Shown: one piece after another, positions 11,398 to 24,960 of the stretch
Position numbering within the stretch: the stretch's first letter is position 1
Layout of the letters: each line of letters begins with the position of its first letter
Source of the DNA: Octopus bimaculoides
Taxonomy: Eukaryota
Assembly: GCF_001194135.2 (NCBI RefSeq)
Contig: NC_069000.1
Span: 28,287,369-28,351,368, forward strand
Direction: 5' to 3'
DNA: 64,000 nt
Made by a program: the position numbers and the translations under genes
The notes under the pieces: model-generated
The model's database searches: none
The model's input: only the letters and a program-made list of their open reading frames with translations
Told to the model about the DNA's origin: nothing

Positions 11398-13320
11398 TCA
11401 TCATCAACATCGTCCTCAGTTAATGTTCATGTTTCATGTTGGCATGGGTTGGGAAGTTTGACAAAGATCTGACGTGTCCAAGGACTGCATCATGCTCCAC
11501 TGTCTGCTTTGGCATGGTTACTATGACTGGATGTCCTTTCAAATGCCAACCACTTAACAGCATGGACTGAGTGTTTTTTTTCTTTGTCACCTGTACCTTT
11601 AAGGTCACCATGCAGCTCACATGACTATGAACCCTGGAGGAAGTAGGGGGATCAGCTTCATGATAAGGGATGAGGGGATTACAATGAGAAAGGGGAAAAG
11701 CAGGTCAGGTTCTCACAGAGGGATCTGCATGACTACTCACATCTAATAGGAGAAAAGTGGTGGGAGAGAACAAGAGATAGGTAATGTCAATGAGGTGCCT
11801 AATTGGCCCTGCAAGGCACAAGGTGACCAGAAGTGGATGGTTGAGTGAGTAGGGGTTGCAAGATTGTATGGAAAGAAGAATAAGGGGATGGGGAGGCAGA
11901 CTGCCAGAATGAGTAGGGCTGATGACAGGCGAAACAAAGAACCATGAGTTGAGGAAGATAGGGGGATGCAGGACAGCGAGTGGGATGGGGATGAAGAGTA
12001 GGAGTAGTAAAGAGGAGGAGGGCAAGAGAAAGATGACATAGTTGGAGAGTTGACATGGTTGGATTGCCTGCAGGAGCCAGGGTGGGATAGGGGAGAGACA
12101 GGCATAATAAATTAGAGTTGGGCTGAGATGGATAGAGAACACAAAACATAGCACTTCCAGAACTCAGTTTCATTAAGGAGGGCAGGTTTTTTCAAGAACC
12201 TCATATTGCCAGAGATCCTGGTCCTTTGTCATCTCCTCTGTCAGTGTTAGGGTCCTGAAGTCAGCCTTTGCCACTTCATTTCATGTCTTCCTGCATCTTC
12301 CTCTTCTGCAAGTTCCTACACATTAAGTGATTAGCACTTCTTTATGTAGCTATTCTCATCTCATCTTTATGTAGCTATCCACATCACATGTCCATAAAGC
12401 ATTGTCTTCTTTTTTGCACACAACTTCTGGTTCCTCTTATGCCCAGTGTTTCACTTAGCACCTCTCTACTAATTTTTTCATGCACACTCATGTACATCCA
12501 ATGGAATATGTTTGCTTCATTTTTTTTCCAATCTTCTCAAGTCCTCCTCATTCAAAGCCCATGCTTCATTGCAGTTCTAACACAAGCATCAGACAATCTG
12601 CCCTTTGCTCTTTGGAAAAAGATCATTGTTGCCAGCTGTGATAGTAACTCCCTGAACTTTTTCCAGTCAACTCTTACTTTAGCTACTATATTTTCAGAAC
12701 AACCACCACCCTTGCTAATTATGTCTCCTAAGTAACAAAAACTGTCAACTACCTCTAGTATGCTATATGGACTTTTAAGATGCAATTTCCAGTATGCTTA
12801 TATGTATTGCTGCAGTGTATCTATTGCATATGAACCTTCAATTTTCAAATAACCTGCTAATGATTCCATTACATCACTAGATAATTCATAGCTTATATCA
12901 AGTAGTGTATATGGAGTTTATTTCAACCTCTTTTCTATGTACTGAGTAAGGCCATTTCCTTGAAGGTATCAGGTCCTGCCTTCTCTCCAACCTTCACCTT
13001 TGCTAGGTTTACCATAGGGCCTTTCAATTCCAGGTTTAGCTTCCATGCTTGGAATTTCTTCCCTAATTACCTTATAGATTTTAGGCATGAGAACTAGATC
13101 ATCAGTATATAGGGATTCCATGGAGAGCCTGTCTTAATCTTCTCTGTTATAGCTTGAAGAATTATGATGAAAAAGAAAGGACTAAGGACTGAACATTGAC
13201 AGACTCCTATCTTTATGCCAAATTCATCACTGAAATCATTGCCAACTCTCACTCTACTTACTTGCATACAGCTTGAACTGTTTGCACAATCCATTTGTAA
13301 TGATTTGAGCACCAAAATAA
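11398..13320 (-). mobile_element. Cluster of decayed RTE LINE pieces and tail
   Basis: Minus frames give VVDSFCYLGDIISKGGGCSENIVAKVRVDWKKFREL and DEFGIKIGV.Q.SVLSPFFFIIILQAI; (CAT)n-led tail at about 11400. Confidence 0.75.
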
Positions 13321-13637
13321 ATGAGAGACGAAAAATATTAATTAAAATTACCTTTCATTGTCACCATTATGATGTAAGACACAGCTTCTTCAAGTTATTA
13401 TATACAGATTATTTGCCACTGTTATCCATTCTGTAAGTAGTTAAGTTCATCTTTTGTTGACTTCTAGAAGACTGAGGGAGAAAGAGCAAAAGAATCTGCC
13501 TATCAGTGTGACCAGTAGAGAGGTTGAAAGTTGTGTAGTTGTGCTGAGACAAACCATACATGAAGTGCTCCATTTGGCTGGGGCCAAGTGAAATAGGTAG
13601 AGCCAAATTTGGGTTCCGTATTTATATTTTCTCCTAA

Positions 13638-13946
13638 CTAAATTAATTTCTTTGTAAAGGGAAATAAATTCACAGAAGTAATGTTATTACTAAAAAGAAG
13701 CTGACTCAATTTGAAGTGACTTTCATTTTAGTCAGTCTTAATGATGGCATTACTTTAAATAAATAACAATTTCTAATGAATGAATGAATAAAGATAATAT
13801 TAAAGTGAATGAAAATAACATCTTTTTATGAACCACTGTTAATTGGTCAATAACAAATTGGTTGAAATTGTTTTCTATTAAAACGCAGTTTTTTCTTTTA
13901 GAGTACTACTTAGAATTTTTCTTAAATATAGACATATATGTACACT

Positions 13947-13983
<37 letters not shown>

Positions 13984-15182
13984 ATGTGTGTGTGTGTGCG
14001 TGCGTGTGTGTGCGCATGCAAGCATGTGCGCATGCGAGCATGCGTGTGTGACATTGTAGTTGTGTCCAGTGCTGGTGACATGTGAAAGGCATTTGTGCTG
14101 GGGACATGAAAAAGGCACCCATGCTGGTGCCACATGAAAGACACCAGTACACTCTGCAAAGTGGTTGGCATTAGGTCAAACCATCTTACTCATGCTAGCA
14201 TGGAATACAGATACTAAGTGATAATGATGATGGTGATGATGATGATGATGACGATGACGATGACAATATATAACAAGTACAATGGTATTATTAAATCTGA
14301 GTTGGATCATAAGTCAGCATTCCTGTGAGTACAGCTTAACAGAATGTGCAGAAGTGAAACCATTCATACAGACTGAAATTCCAGGTATAATGAATTTTTT
14401 CCTTGAAGGTCATAGAGAAAGTCATAGTCAAAGAGATCCAATTTGGATATGAGATGCAATTTGGTTTTGTCCCCAGCAGAAACTCCAGAGACACAATCTT
14501 TCTAGTGAGGTAAGTAACAGCACAAGAAATACTTGGTTAAGAATAAATCTCTATTCCTGGCTTCTGTTGATTTGGAGAAAGCATTTGACAGTGTACCACA
14601 ATCAGTAATTATGGCTTATGAGGAAACTCAGTATAGATAAATGGGAAACAAATAACATGCTAGATTCTTAGCCAAGATTCAAAACCTAGCCAAGATTTTT
14701 CTATTGGTTCCTTTTGTTCTCAGCTTTTGCTCCAGGAAATTTCAAACTTATCCTTCATCCTAGCAAGTTATTTGTTTCCCATTTATCTATACTGAGTTTC
14801 CTCATAAACCATAATTACTGAGTATGGTACCCTGTCAAATGCTTTCTCCAAATCAACAGAAGCCAGGAATAGAGATTTATTCTTAACCAAGTATTTCTTG
14901 TGCTGTTACCTCACTAGAAAGATTGTGTTTCTGGAGTTTCTGCTGGGGACAAAACCAAATTGCATCTCATATAGGTCTACTCTTTCATGGATCTCTTTGA
15001 CTATGACTTTCTCTATGACCTTCATGAAAAAAATTCATTATACCTGGAATTTCAGTCTGTATGAATGGTTTCACTTCTGCACATTCTGTTAAGCTGTACT
15101 CACAGGAATGCTGACTTATGATCCAACTCAGATTTAATAATACCATTGTACTTGTTATATATTGTCATCGTCGTCGTTGTCG

Positions 15183-15219
<37 letters not shown>

Positions 15220-15709
15220 TTAGCGTCTGTTTTCCATGCTAGCATGAGTAAGACGGTTTGACCTTAGGCCAACCACTCTGCAGAATCTATTGGTGTCTTT
15301 CATGTGACACCAGCATGGGTACCTTATTTGTGTCACGGGCACTGGACACGACTACAATGTCACACGCCCCCCACCCACACGAGTGTGCATATATGTGTAT
15401 ACTTACGAAAAATTCTAAGTAGTACTCTAAAAGGAAAAAAAACTGTGTTTTAATAGAAAACAATTTCAACCTATTAGTTATTAACCAATTAACAGCGGTT
15501 CATAAAAAGACATTATTTTTGTTCACTTTAATATTATCTTTACCCATTCTTTGATTCATTCATTCATTAGAAATTGTTATTTATTTATTTAAAGTGATGC
15601 CATCATTAAGACTGACTAAAATGAAAGTCACTTCAAATTGAGTCAGCTTCTTTTTAGTAATAACATTACTTCCGTGAATTTGTTTCCCTTTACAAATAAA
15701 TGAATTCAG
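13638..15709. repeat. About 2.07-kb diverged palindrome (arms 13638-14663 and 14759-15709)
   Basis: Arms are reverse complements with scattered substitutions and indels. Both contain the same AT-rich flank, RTE tail and RT fragment. The spacer is 95 bp. Confidence 0.9.
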
Positions 15710-15779
15710 AACCAACTCATTTGAATTTCCATCAAGTCCTCTTTCTTTCTCTCTATGTTTTAAAACGATCTTTATTCAT

Positions 15780-16483
15780 ATGATGACGAAAAAGTGAGAG
15801 CTGATGGTAAATTTTTTAAAAAATCTGTAATATGTATTAGTGATACATATATCACTTTTGAGCACCCGTAGTAGTCGAATGGCTAAATCTAACAACTATT
15901 GTTACGTTCCTGTTGTTAATGGAGGAAAGAGGTTCAGTTGTTGAGAGCTGAACACTATGAGATAGTTAATAACCTCTTAGGATGGACAATATTTAAATAC
16001 TGATATTGCAAGGTAAAATATTATTCTCTGTTCTTTCCCATTTCTTTCAGTATGTCATTAAATAACCCAAATCGAAATTTCGTATTCACTAAACATGGTC
16101 TGTTTGTGTCTCTTTCATTTTTGACGTTTGATATAATTTTTCTTCTCATTAACAATTCTTTCAAGTTCTTGTAAAATTATAAAGTTAATAACTCACTTTC
16201 GTCGATTTTCTAATGTACAAGTTATAAATGTATCTACACAATCATTATTTTCATTTTGGTATATTAGTTCTTCAAGAGGCACAGTACTTATGTTAGTAAA
16301 TTTTTCAAGCAATGATATTTAATTTTTATGTGGTCTTTTGGAGACTTGGATACTACAGAAATATATTTATACAAATTAATTGATTTTAAAACTATAATTC
16401 GACAGATAGAGACGTCATCTAGCTTTTATAAAATGTTTAGGTTATTTTTTTTTACCACTGTAAAACACTCAGTTTTGGTTGGT

Positions 16484-16564
<81 letters not shown>

Positions 16565-17250
16565 TCACTATAATTCGGATAATATATATATATATAGTAA
16601 CAAACTAAGGAAAGGAATTCCTTCAAAGAGGTGAGTAAAACATCCAATTCATTAGTACGTCAGTTGAATATCATATAAATATTGGTGTAATGCAAATTAC
16701 AAACAATAAATTAAATAGAAGATCCAATTGACAATCCAATAATTTATTTATATTATAATATGCTATGAATATAAGATAACATTAAAAAAATCATAAAAAA
16801 TCAAAATAGCCAATAATTTGTTTCGACTATGATTTACAAACAATACATATCCACCTATAATAAGTCTCTTCAGAGCTTTGGTTTATAGACAGACGAGATT
16901 CTGTGTGAAAGGACGGCTGGATTGTAAAAAAAAGTAATTCAAATGCCTATGTATTATGAGCGTGAGAGTTAACTTTTCAACTACATAACGGTTACATTTT
17001 AAAAAACTACAAAGTTATAACGGATAAGATAATCAAATAGAATCTACGACTATCGAAATATATTTCTATATATCTCAAATATTATTTATCCAAATTTGTT
17101 TAGGTCGAAGACCGTCTTTCTCTATTATAATATCATACAACAATATATAGGTATATAAATTAAGTATCACTGTCTTACTTAATCTAGAGGCTTTAATAAA
17201 ACGTGTAAATAAATATAAGTGATAAGATACTATTGGTAATATATGTAATA
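15780..17250 (-). mobile_element. Probable decayed Penelope-like 5' region with hammerhead-like pseudo-LTR cores
   Basis: Minus strand CTGAAGA-GACT...AGTC-GAAAC at about 16873-16820 and a degenerate GAAAGA-CGGTCTTCGACC-TAAACAAATTTG near 17120-17093. Broken charged reading frames lie downstream on the same strand. The protein homology is weak and judged by eye. Confidence 0.35.
16488..16561. repeat. (TA)n microsatellite, representative of many TA/CA/ATT/GAT tracts
   Basis: Pure TA run; similar tracts at about 8110-8720, 13950-14050, 30305-30420, 34600-34780, 42470-42660, 45610-45900, 54170-54217 and 58445-58675. Confidence 0.95.
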
Positions 17251-19724
17251 TATCTTCTCTTTTATATATAGGTGGATATGTAAAAATTGTTTAAGGTAAC
17301 TAACAAAAAAATGTTCTTTATTTATTTAGTGTATCGGAAGGAGAATTCCGTAATAAATGCAAAGAGAAACCTAACGAAAATGTTCTTTATTTACTTAATT
17401 TATCGGAGGGAGAATTCCGTAATAAATATATAGAGATATATACATACATACATACATACGCACACACACACACACACATGATTATCGGTAAGTTTAGAAG
17501 TCAGGAAAAAAAGCTCATTCTGAAAGACGATTTGAGTGGTTATGCTATTATATTGTATGTGAGTAGTATATTCCTGGTTTTATACATGTGTGCGCGCCTG
17601 TCTCTCCGTCTACATTCTCTATCTATCTATCTATCTGTCTGTGTACATATGCGATCTTAATATATTTTATGCAATTTTTTTAAATTCTAAATCATTTGTG
17701 TTTCTGTGCAAAAATACGAAGTGATCACCATACACCTGCGTTAAACTGGATTATTTCCTCGTAGGTAAAGGCTTTGTTCGCTTGGTCAACCAAACACATC
17801 TCTAAGTTTGAAACATTCTAAATTATTTCAGACCCATTGATGAGTTCGATCGACGGTAATCAATTGTACGAAACCTTTCGGTGTGAAGAAATAATCTTAT
17901 TTAATAAAACACACACGCATATATGTAATCGTATTTAAACATATAACAATGGAAAGATTAGGAATAAACGCTTGGGGTAAACAAGAATTTGTAGATGGTA
18001 AAAAGGTTTCTTGATATATGCTCATTTCTTAAAAGTGAGATAATGGTGGAAAGTAACACTTCACTGCACTTCACCTCAGTTAGCTGCAGCCTTTCTTTCG
18101 AATCCTACAATTTATCGATTTTATAGCAGATTAACCCATCCCATCATCGGCAAACAGAAATAGTCATCTCGCACATTCACATCCAAGCATATCGTCCTCA
18201 CACACACACACACACACACACATTTGTGTGTTTAGTATATATATATATGCATATTGTGTGTATGTTATATGCGTGTGTACATCGATACGTCGACTCGCTA
18301 GAAAGAGCAGTTAAATCTCCATCAAATGATACATCTTACTACCATGAAAAATATGGAACGAAGGACAATGTAGGTTTGGATACACGAAAAGGAATGGTGA
18401 AAGCTGGAACGTCTTTGATCATACGTCGATCAGGGATGACTTAGGGCGAGGAAGGGGGTTGGGTTAACTAGCAACAACAATCTGATGACAGTCGTACGTT
18501 AGTCTCTGTGTAGTCGCTCGTGCTGCTACAAATAGCAGCTTAATTTCTTTTAAATCACATTCAATAATCTTAAATAAGTAAAACAATATTAAATAATGCA
18601 GCCCTACACACCCTTCAAAAGATAAAATGTTAATTATGATTGGAAGCCTTGAGTCATAGGGTCTGTTCAATTAAGTTTGAGTTGAAGCGAAAGCACCAGA
18701 GGAAGAGACTTTATGTGATTGCTTGACCAGCTAGAAACAATGACTAAATCTTCCTCAAATTGTACCCTACCTTCTAAAATAGCAAATAACATAGCGGCAC
18801 ACTCCAAGAAAGACGTGTCAGCCACGGCCTTTAATCATATATCTACTCTATCTGGAGGTTTACGTGATACTGAAACAATTACACCAAAACAGGCTGACAT
18901 AAAATCAGGATTTTTTGACAGACGAAAGAATGTCTGTTCAAGAAAAACTAAAAAAAAAACAAAACAGCAACTCGGAATGACATTCCAAACGAAATCCTGT
19001 CCTTACATTTGATTCTATTATTATTTTTGAAGATGATATAATTTATAGAAATAGATGTTTATTTGTTTCTTCATTCATTGAGAAAGTTAACAAGATGTTT
19101 GTTTGCTTCGTGCTTTCGTTTTTTGTTATCCGGTTTCGTTTGTCATCTTTTTCGATGATAAATAAAAGCTAACAACGAAGGAATATCTCTTAAAAAGTTA
19201 TTCGTTTTCTTAGAAATAGCCACCAAGTCTCCCATTTCTAATCACATATTACACACTATACAAAGAAATACAAACAACACTGGTAATCTAATTAAAGATA
19301 TACAATATAAGATATACAATTAGAGGGTAGAGATTGGAACGCCTCTGATTAATGGTCTACTCCATTAATACTGAACTAGTACTAGAAACAAATAATTTTT
19401 GTCTGTTTTGATGTAGTACTTTATTGATGGTAGTATCATTCATTCAGTGGCGAAGTTTCAGAATAGCCCTTAATGTAAGTTGGGTTTTCTCCGTTCATTA
19501 AAAAATTAAAAAATTTGTTTTTGCACCACGCACTTTGAAACGACGAGGGAAGCCTTTTTTAAAGTAAAAATAAATAAAAAAAATTGATAATCCATGATCT
19601 TTGAACGCCTACCTCGCCTCCATGGTGCCTCCACGACAGACTTTTCCAGTCCTTTTCTTTATTGTTTTCACGACGCACTTCCAAACGATGGCGAAAAGCA
19701 TTAACAAAAAAGGGAATTTATGAA

Positions 19725-20325
19725 AATCTATAGTCCATGAGAATTAAGTCAGGCTTCTTTGGAGGCCATAAGTTTGGTGATATATAATCATAAGGGTTCT
19801 CTGATATTCATTTTTGGGCTACCTGGGCTTTGTGAAAAGGTGCTGGGTCTTGTTGAAATACTTATGATGTTCTGCTGTGTATTTCATCCACCCTGGACTT
19901 AATAACTCTCTCCAGCACCTCAACATATCCAGTAGCATTAATTGTAAGACTCTGTGGAAAGATACAAGGCAGCATAACATGACCTTCATTACTCATCACT
20001 CCTACAACAATTACAGTTACTGGAAGCAAAGTATCACTCTGGATACATCAGAAGAATGTGTTCATCATCATCTGGTTAGACATTTGGTCTTGATTAAATT
20101 TTTTCTCATTGGAGAACCAAAGAATACCATGTTCATGAGGGTTTCTAACCTTGCTAAGTAACCGCTTGGCATGGATGAAATGGTTTTCCGTATCTTTGCA
20201 AATATAAATGGGTCCCTCCTCAATACATACTACTTATATTGAATGTTTTCATGAATCACAATTCTGCTAGTCAACTACAACAATGATGGTCTTCATTGAT
20301 TTTCTGGGATTATTATTGTTTGGAA
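19725..20325 (-). mobile_element. Decayed maT-like (IS630-Tc1-mariner) transposase
   Basis: Minus translation gives LWFSNEKKFNQDQ, VGVMSNEGHVMLPCIFPQSLTINATGYVEVLE, VFQQDPAPFHKA and PNLWPPKKPDLILMDY. Confidence 0.8.
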
Positions 20326-20611
20326 CCAGCTGATTGATAGTTTGTTTGTTTGTTTGTATGTATGTATGTATGTATGTATGTATGTATGTATCATCCATCA
20401 ATCATTATCATTCAAATCCGTCTTCCATGCTGGCATGGGTTGGATGGTTTGACAAGAGCTGGCAAGCCAGAGGGCTGAGCCAAGCTCTATTGTCTGTTTT
20501 TGGCATGGGCCTTTCCTACCATGAACCACTTCACAGAGTACTGGGAGTTTTGTTATGGCACCAGTACTGGCAGAGTCACTCTCCAAGTTTTCCAGCTATG
20601 CCAAGATCACG

Positions 20612-21175
20612 CAGTTTGTGGCATATCATACCATGATCCACTTTGTCAAAAGCTTTTGCAAAATCAAGGTATATTATGTCCACATTTGAGTTGTTGAGTA
20701 ACTGTCTCAACACCCAGTCATATTGTTGTAATAGCTGGGCCAGGCAGCTCCTACATGGTCGAAAGCCATGCTGGGTATCACTCAGCAAATTATTTTCTTC
20801 AAGGAATGCAATTACTTTCCCTCCGACTATCCTTTCCATGACTTTGCTGATGTGTGAAGTCAGAGAGATATGCCTATAGTTTTTGGCATCTGCTCTGCTC
20901 CCCCCTTTATAGATTGGGCATATTATTTCCTCCTTCAGCTTGCTTGGCAATCTGCCATTTGCAAGAAAGCTCTGGAAGAGAATCTGGAGGGGTTTTGCCA
21001 GGGCACGCTTACACAATTTGAGGAGGATTGCTGGGAAACCATCAGGACCATCAGTTGAGTTTGCGTCTACCTTCGCTAATATTGATGTATTCCATTGTAA
21101 CTGCCTCACTGGTAATAGGTGAGGTGGCAAAGAAGTCCACTGGTTCATTCACTTGTCTGTGTTCCAACAGGGTGG
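20612..21175 (-). mobile_element. CR1-like LINE RT fragment (same family as 47562-52900)
   Basis: GPDGFPAILLK..NYRHISLTSHISKVMER..QHGFRP..YLDFAKAFDKVDHG; near-identical to about 49330-49917. Confidence 0.9.
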
Positions 21176-22469
21176 AATATATATTTATATATATGTAATA
21201 TATATATATACATGTTTATGTATATCTATCTATATATATATATGTATATCTATCTATCTATCTATCTATCTATCTANNNNNNNNNNNNNNNNNNNNNNNN
21301 NNNNNNNNNNNNNNNNNNNNNNNNNNNNNNNNNNNNNNNNNNNNNNNNNNNNNNNNNNNNNNNNNNNNNNNNNNNNTTTTTTTTTTTTTTTTCACAATAT
21401 GTGGAAAAATGAGTTTTAAGTATTCTATCCAATACCTCTACTTGCTGACCTCTATTTTAACTGCTGGCACTCAAATTTTTTTTTGTTTATCTAGTACTTA
21501 ACATCTATATCAGCCACATCTCTTTATAGACACAACTTATTTTTGTTCCAGTCCTTGTATGAATCATTACCTTTTCTTATCCTGTTAAGCTCAAATTCAC
21601 TTTCAAAACCACATTGGATATTCTGCAGATTATATTTAATTTGGTTTCAATAATTTCAACTGAAAATTCTTAGTTTTTGCCTGAGTATGTTCGAGCTTTC
21701 TTGTAAAATGTCTGTCTCAAGCCTACAGATTCATTAGACTGAAGTTCTGCTGGTTTCCAAAGTGTTGAAGTAACTGAGAGTATAAAACCTCTCACTGAAC
21801 AGGACACAAGGCCATTGCAGGATTAACCTCTGTTGCACTTCTTTTCAGTTCAGTAGACTGGACCAACATGAAATAAAGTGCCTGTCTCAAAGGACACAAA
21901 TGCACCATTCAGTTTGGAAATTGAATTCGTAACATTATAATTATTTTACTTAATTTTACAGCAGATCTCAACTTCTCCCCACCATCTTTGTTCCATGTTT
22001 GAAATCTGTGCTATTACTTAGTAATGTGTGTGTGTGTAGCCAAGTCGATATGTTAACAAAAGAACATTGAAGGGGATCAGTAGTTTAAATCATGACATCA
22101 GCATTGCATTGTATTCATGACCAAAATAGATAGTAATCAGGTAGACAAAGGGGTGATTGTAGTAAGTGGTATCTTAACCATGAGAATTGCTAAGATCAAT
22201 TCCTTTGATGAGAAAAGCAGTCTCTGATAAAGCAGCATCTATCATATCTTGGAGCATATTTTTCTCTTCTCTTATTGTCATCATCGTCATAATTTTATAT
22301 CTACTTTTACTCTAGCATAGTGTCCTGCCATTTCTATTTGTTACAATCCTTTATCTCCTTTGTGACTTTCAACTTCTTGAGATTGGATTTCATCACTTCT
22401 TTCTATGACTTAGTTCCTCTTCTTCTTTCCCATGTTTCTTCCACTTGGATTGCTTGGCACTTATGTATT

Positions 22470-23800
22470 CAACAGTCATCCTCCAAACACATAAATCACT
22501 AGTACAGTCTTCTCTCTACAGCCTTTCTCTTAGTTCATTTGGACAATGTTGCTCATGCATACATAGATTACATATCGAGTGGTGTATACTTGCTTCTTTT
22601 CTTTCCAGCCTTCACACATCCTCAGCATTCAATGTCCATGTCTTATCATGCAGCCTCACACTTTGTACACAAACATCATACAGTCTGCCCTTCACTCAGA
22701 GAGAGAATCCTCTTACACATAGCGGTAATAGTTCTCTGAGCTTTTTCTATCCCATTCTCTGGCTTCCAAGCTTTTGAAGTATCTACCTCCAATGCTAATT
22801 TTGTCACCTAGGCAATAGAAGCTATTAACTATTACTAGGTTTCCTGTAAGTATTTGAAAAAATTTATTTCTTACAGTTAATTACTCCTGTACGTCTCTTA
22901 CAAGTTTCTTTCTTCTCTGTCAGGCTACCTATGATTCCTCTGCACCTCTTCATCTGCAGTTTATACTTAGTATACAATACTGATCCTACCTGTTGGTCAT
23001 AGTCATCTTTGTGGCTATAGAATCTTTAAATTCTACTTTCATGTCTGGAATTTTCTCTGATTCTTTGGCATATTCAACTATGAAAACTAGATCATCAGCT
23101 CCAGGGGTTCACACAGGCAGCAAGTCATAAACTTCTCTGTTATGACCTTAATACCTATAATAATCAGGAGGGGCTGAGAACTAAACTATGTGCTTGGTTT
23201 ACATGGCATTCCTAAGCTTCATTGCATGACATTCCTATGCCTGATTGATTTTAGTGACCACCAGCTACAGAACATGGTACCTTGACAGAGTCCTTCAGGT
23301 CAATGAATGCTAGTTGGTACTTTTTTAGCTCTTGTAGCTGTATCATCAGGAAGGTGACATTAACGGTAGCCCAGCTCGACATAAGACAACAACAGCATCT
23401 TGTCTTAAATAACTCTCTTCATAACAGTTATTCCATAACTCTTTGTTACTGTCTTGATTCATCAATTGCATGCCACTGAAGTTCTTTTCTGAAGTAGTTG
23501 ATATCGCTGTGTCATTGGCTATGACACTTTTCTGTACAACTGATTGACTATGCAAGTCATTAATGCTTAGTATTTCACCTCATATTTTCAGCATCTCAGC
23601 AACTAACCCTGATGGTACAGCTGCTTTCCCTGTCTTCATGTTCGTAATTGCACAGTCTTTCATATAGCTGTCAACTTCATTAGCTGGTCTTTTTGCTGGG
23701 TTTACTTAGAGTAGACTTCTCCCACATATTCTCCTCATTCAGCGACCTCTTGTAATGTCATTTTCATGTCTTTTTTTATTGATATTAATGTGATGTAACA
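22470..23800 (-). mobile_element. Decayed RTE LINE segment
   Basis: Reverse-complement homology to 3169-4412 and 29350-30300 (TCTCTCTACAGCCTTTCTCTTAG, ACTAGATCATCAGC, AATAGAAGCTATTAACT segments). Confidence 0.7.
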
Positions 23801-24022
23801 GCACTGCTAAACAGTAGACCACAGTATTGACTTATAAAAACGTTTAATAAACTTTGTCGGATATTATGGTTGTGTAATAAAATACAGTGTCCCTACAGGT
23901 CATTAATATTTATATACCGGCTTCCAGGAATGTGTTTAATATGTAAAATTGGTATATTCAATAACATCATATTCAGTGGCTATTTAAGCAATGAATTTGT
24001 GGCTGATTAATGAGTTAGATGG

Positions 24023-24062
24023 GTGCTGATGAAGGAGCAAAAACTCCTGAAATATGGATACG
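24023..24062 (+). ncRNA. Hammerhead-like core (stems I and III degenerate)
   Basis: CTGATGA(24026-24032)-AGGAG-CAAAAA-CTCCT-GAAA(24049-24052), with a perfect 5-bp stem II. Confidence 0.5.
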
Positions 24063-24801
24063 AAACATAAAAAGAATCAGTGCTGGTTATAATTTCTATA
24101 GAAAATCTGTAGAGATAACCTAAACAAGTTCATCTGGTTTGTGTATTCAACTGATCAGTTGGTGGCCAATTTTCTAAAGTGTTGCAAAATGTTAGCTCAT
24201 TTACATCACAAGACTCCAAGAACCTAGGATTGAATTTTGTCACTTATTCATAGCTTAGAGGTTTAAGTTGTTGCTTTGTCCTAAGTCACTCCTGATTGGG
24301 CTGACCTATGATTAAAAGCATTCAAGCTCTCATCCTCCCTTTTTTTTCTTTGCAGGAAATAATGTACTTTATATCACATTGTTTAATGTGAAGATTTTTT
24401 AATATGGTAGGTTTGAGGAAAATTTGCTATTTATAGCATGTTAAGTGACCATATAGAAGTTCTCTGTTTGGTTTGTAACCATAAAGAGATTCATTCCTTC
24501 TTTGGTTCAAGTAACCATATAGGTAATTTCCTCATTGCCTTCAGGTACCCCAAACCCTCAAGTGAATCTGAAGGAATATGGAAGCTGAAAGATCACTTGG
24601 ATAGACATAGCTTTAAAGAAATATTGGCTTGATGTAAGTAGGTTACATTAGAGGTAAGTAGTAACAGAACTGTGATATTGATGAAAAGGTTAATTGTTTG
24701 CAGTGCTTAACTCAGTTCCTCCGATGACAAAAAGCACTTGTAACAGATCAGTATCCATAAAAGCTAGTGGGAGATTTTCTTTCATTCTTATTTCATTTGT
24801 A

Positions 24802-24960
24802 CAGGCATAATCATGTAGTTAAATTTCTTTCACAGCTATATGGGTGTGGGTTTGATCCCATTGTGTGGTACTTTAGGTAAGTGTCTTCTACAATAACTTA
24901 GGTTGACCAATGTTTTGTGAATGCAATTTAAGATTGAAACTTTAGAAGCTCTACAAGGAT
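24802..24960 (+). mobile_element. tRNA-head SINE
   Basis: CAGGCATAATCATGTAGTTAA...GGGTTTGATCCCATTG (A/B-box-like) followed by a body like that of 6760-6900. Confidence 0.55.

Noticed and set aside
18719-19012. 97-aa non-repetitive ORF in the CpG-retaining region
   Set aside because: It starts at TTG directly after an in-frame TGA, with no recognisable domain or convincing splice sites.
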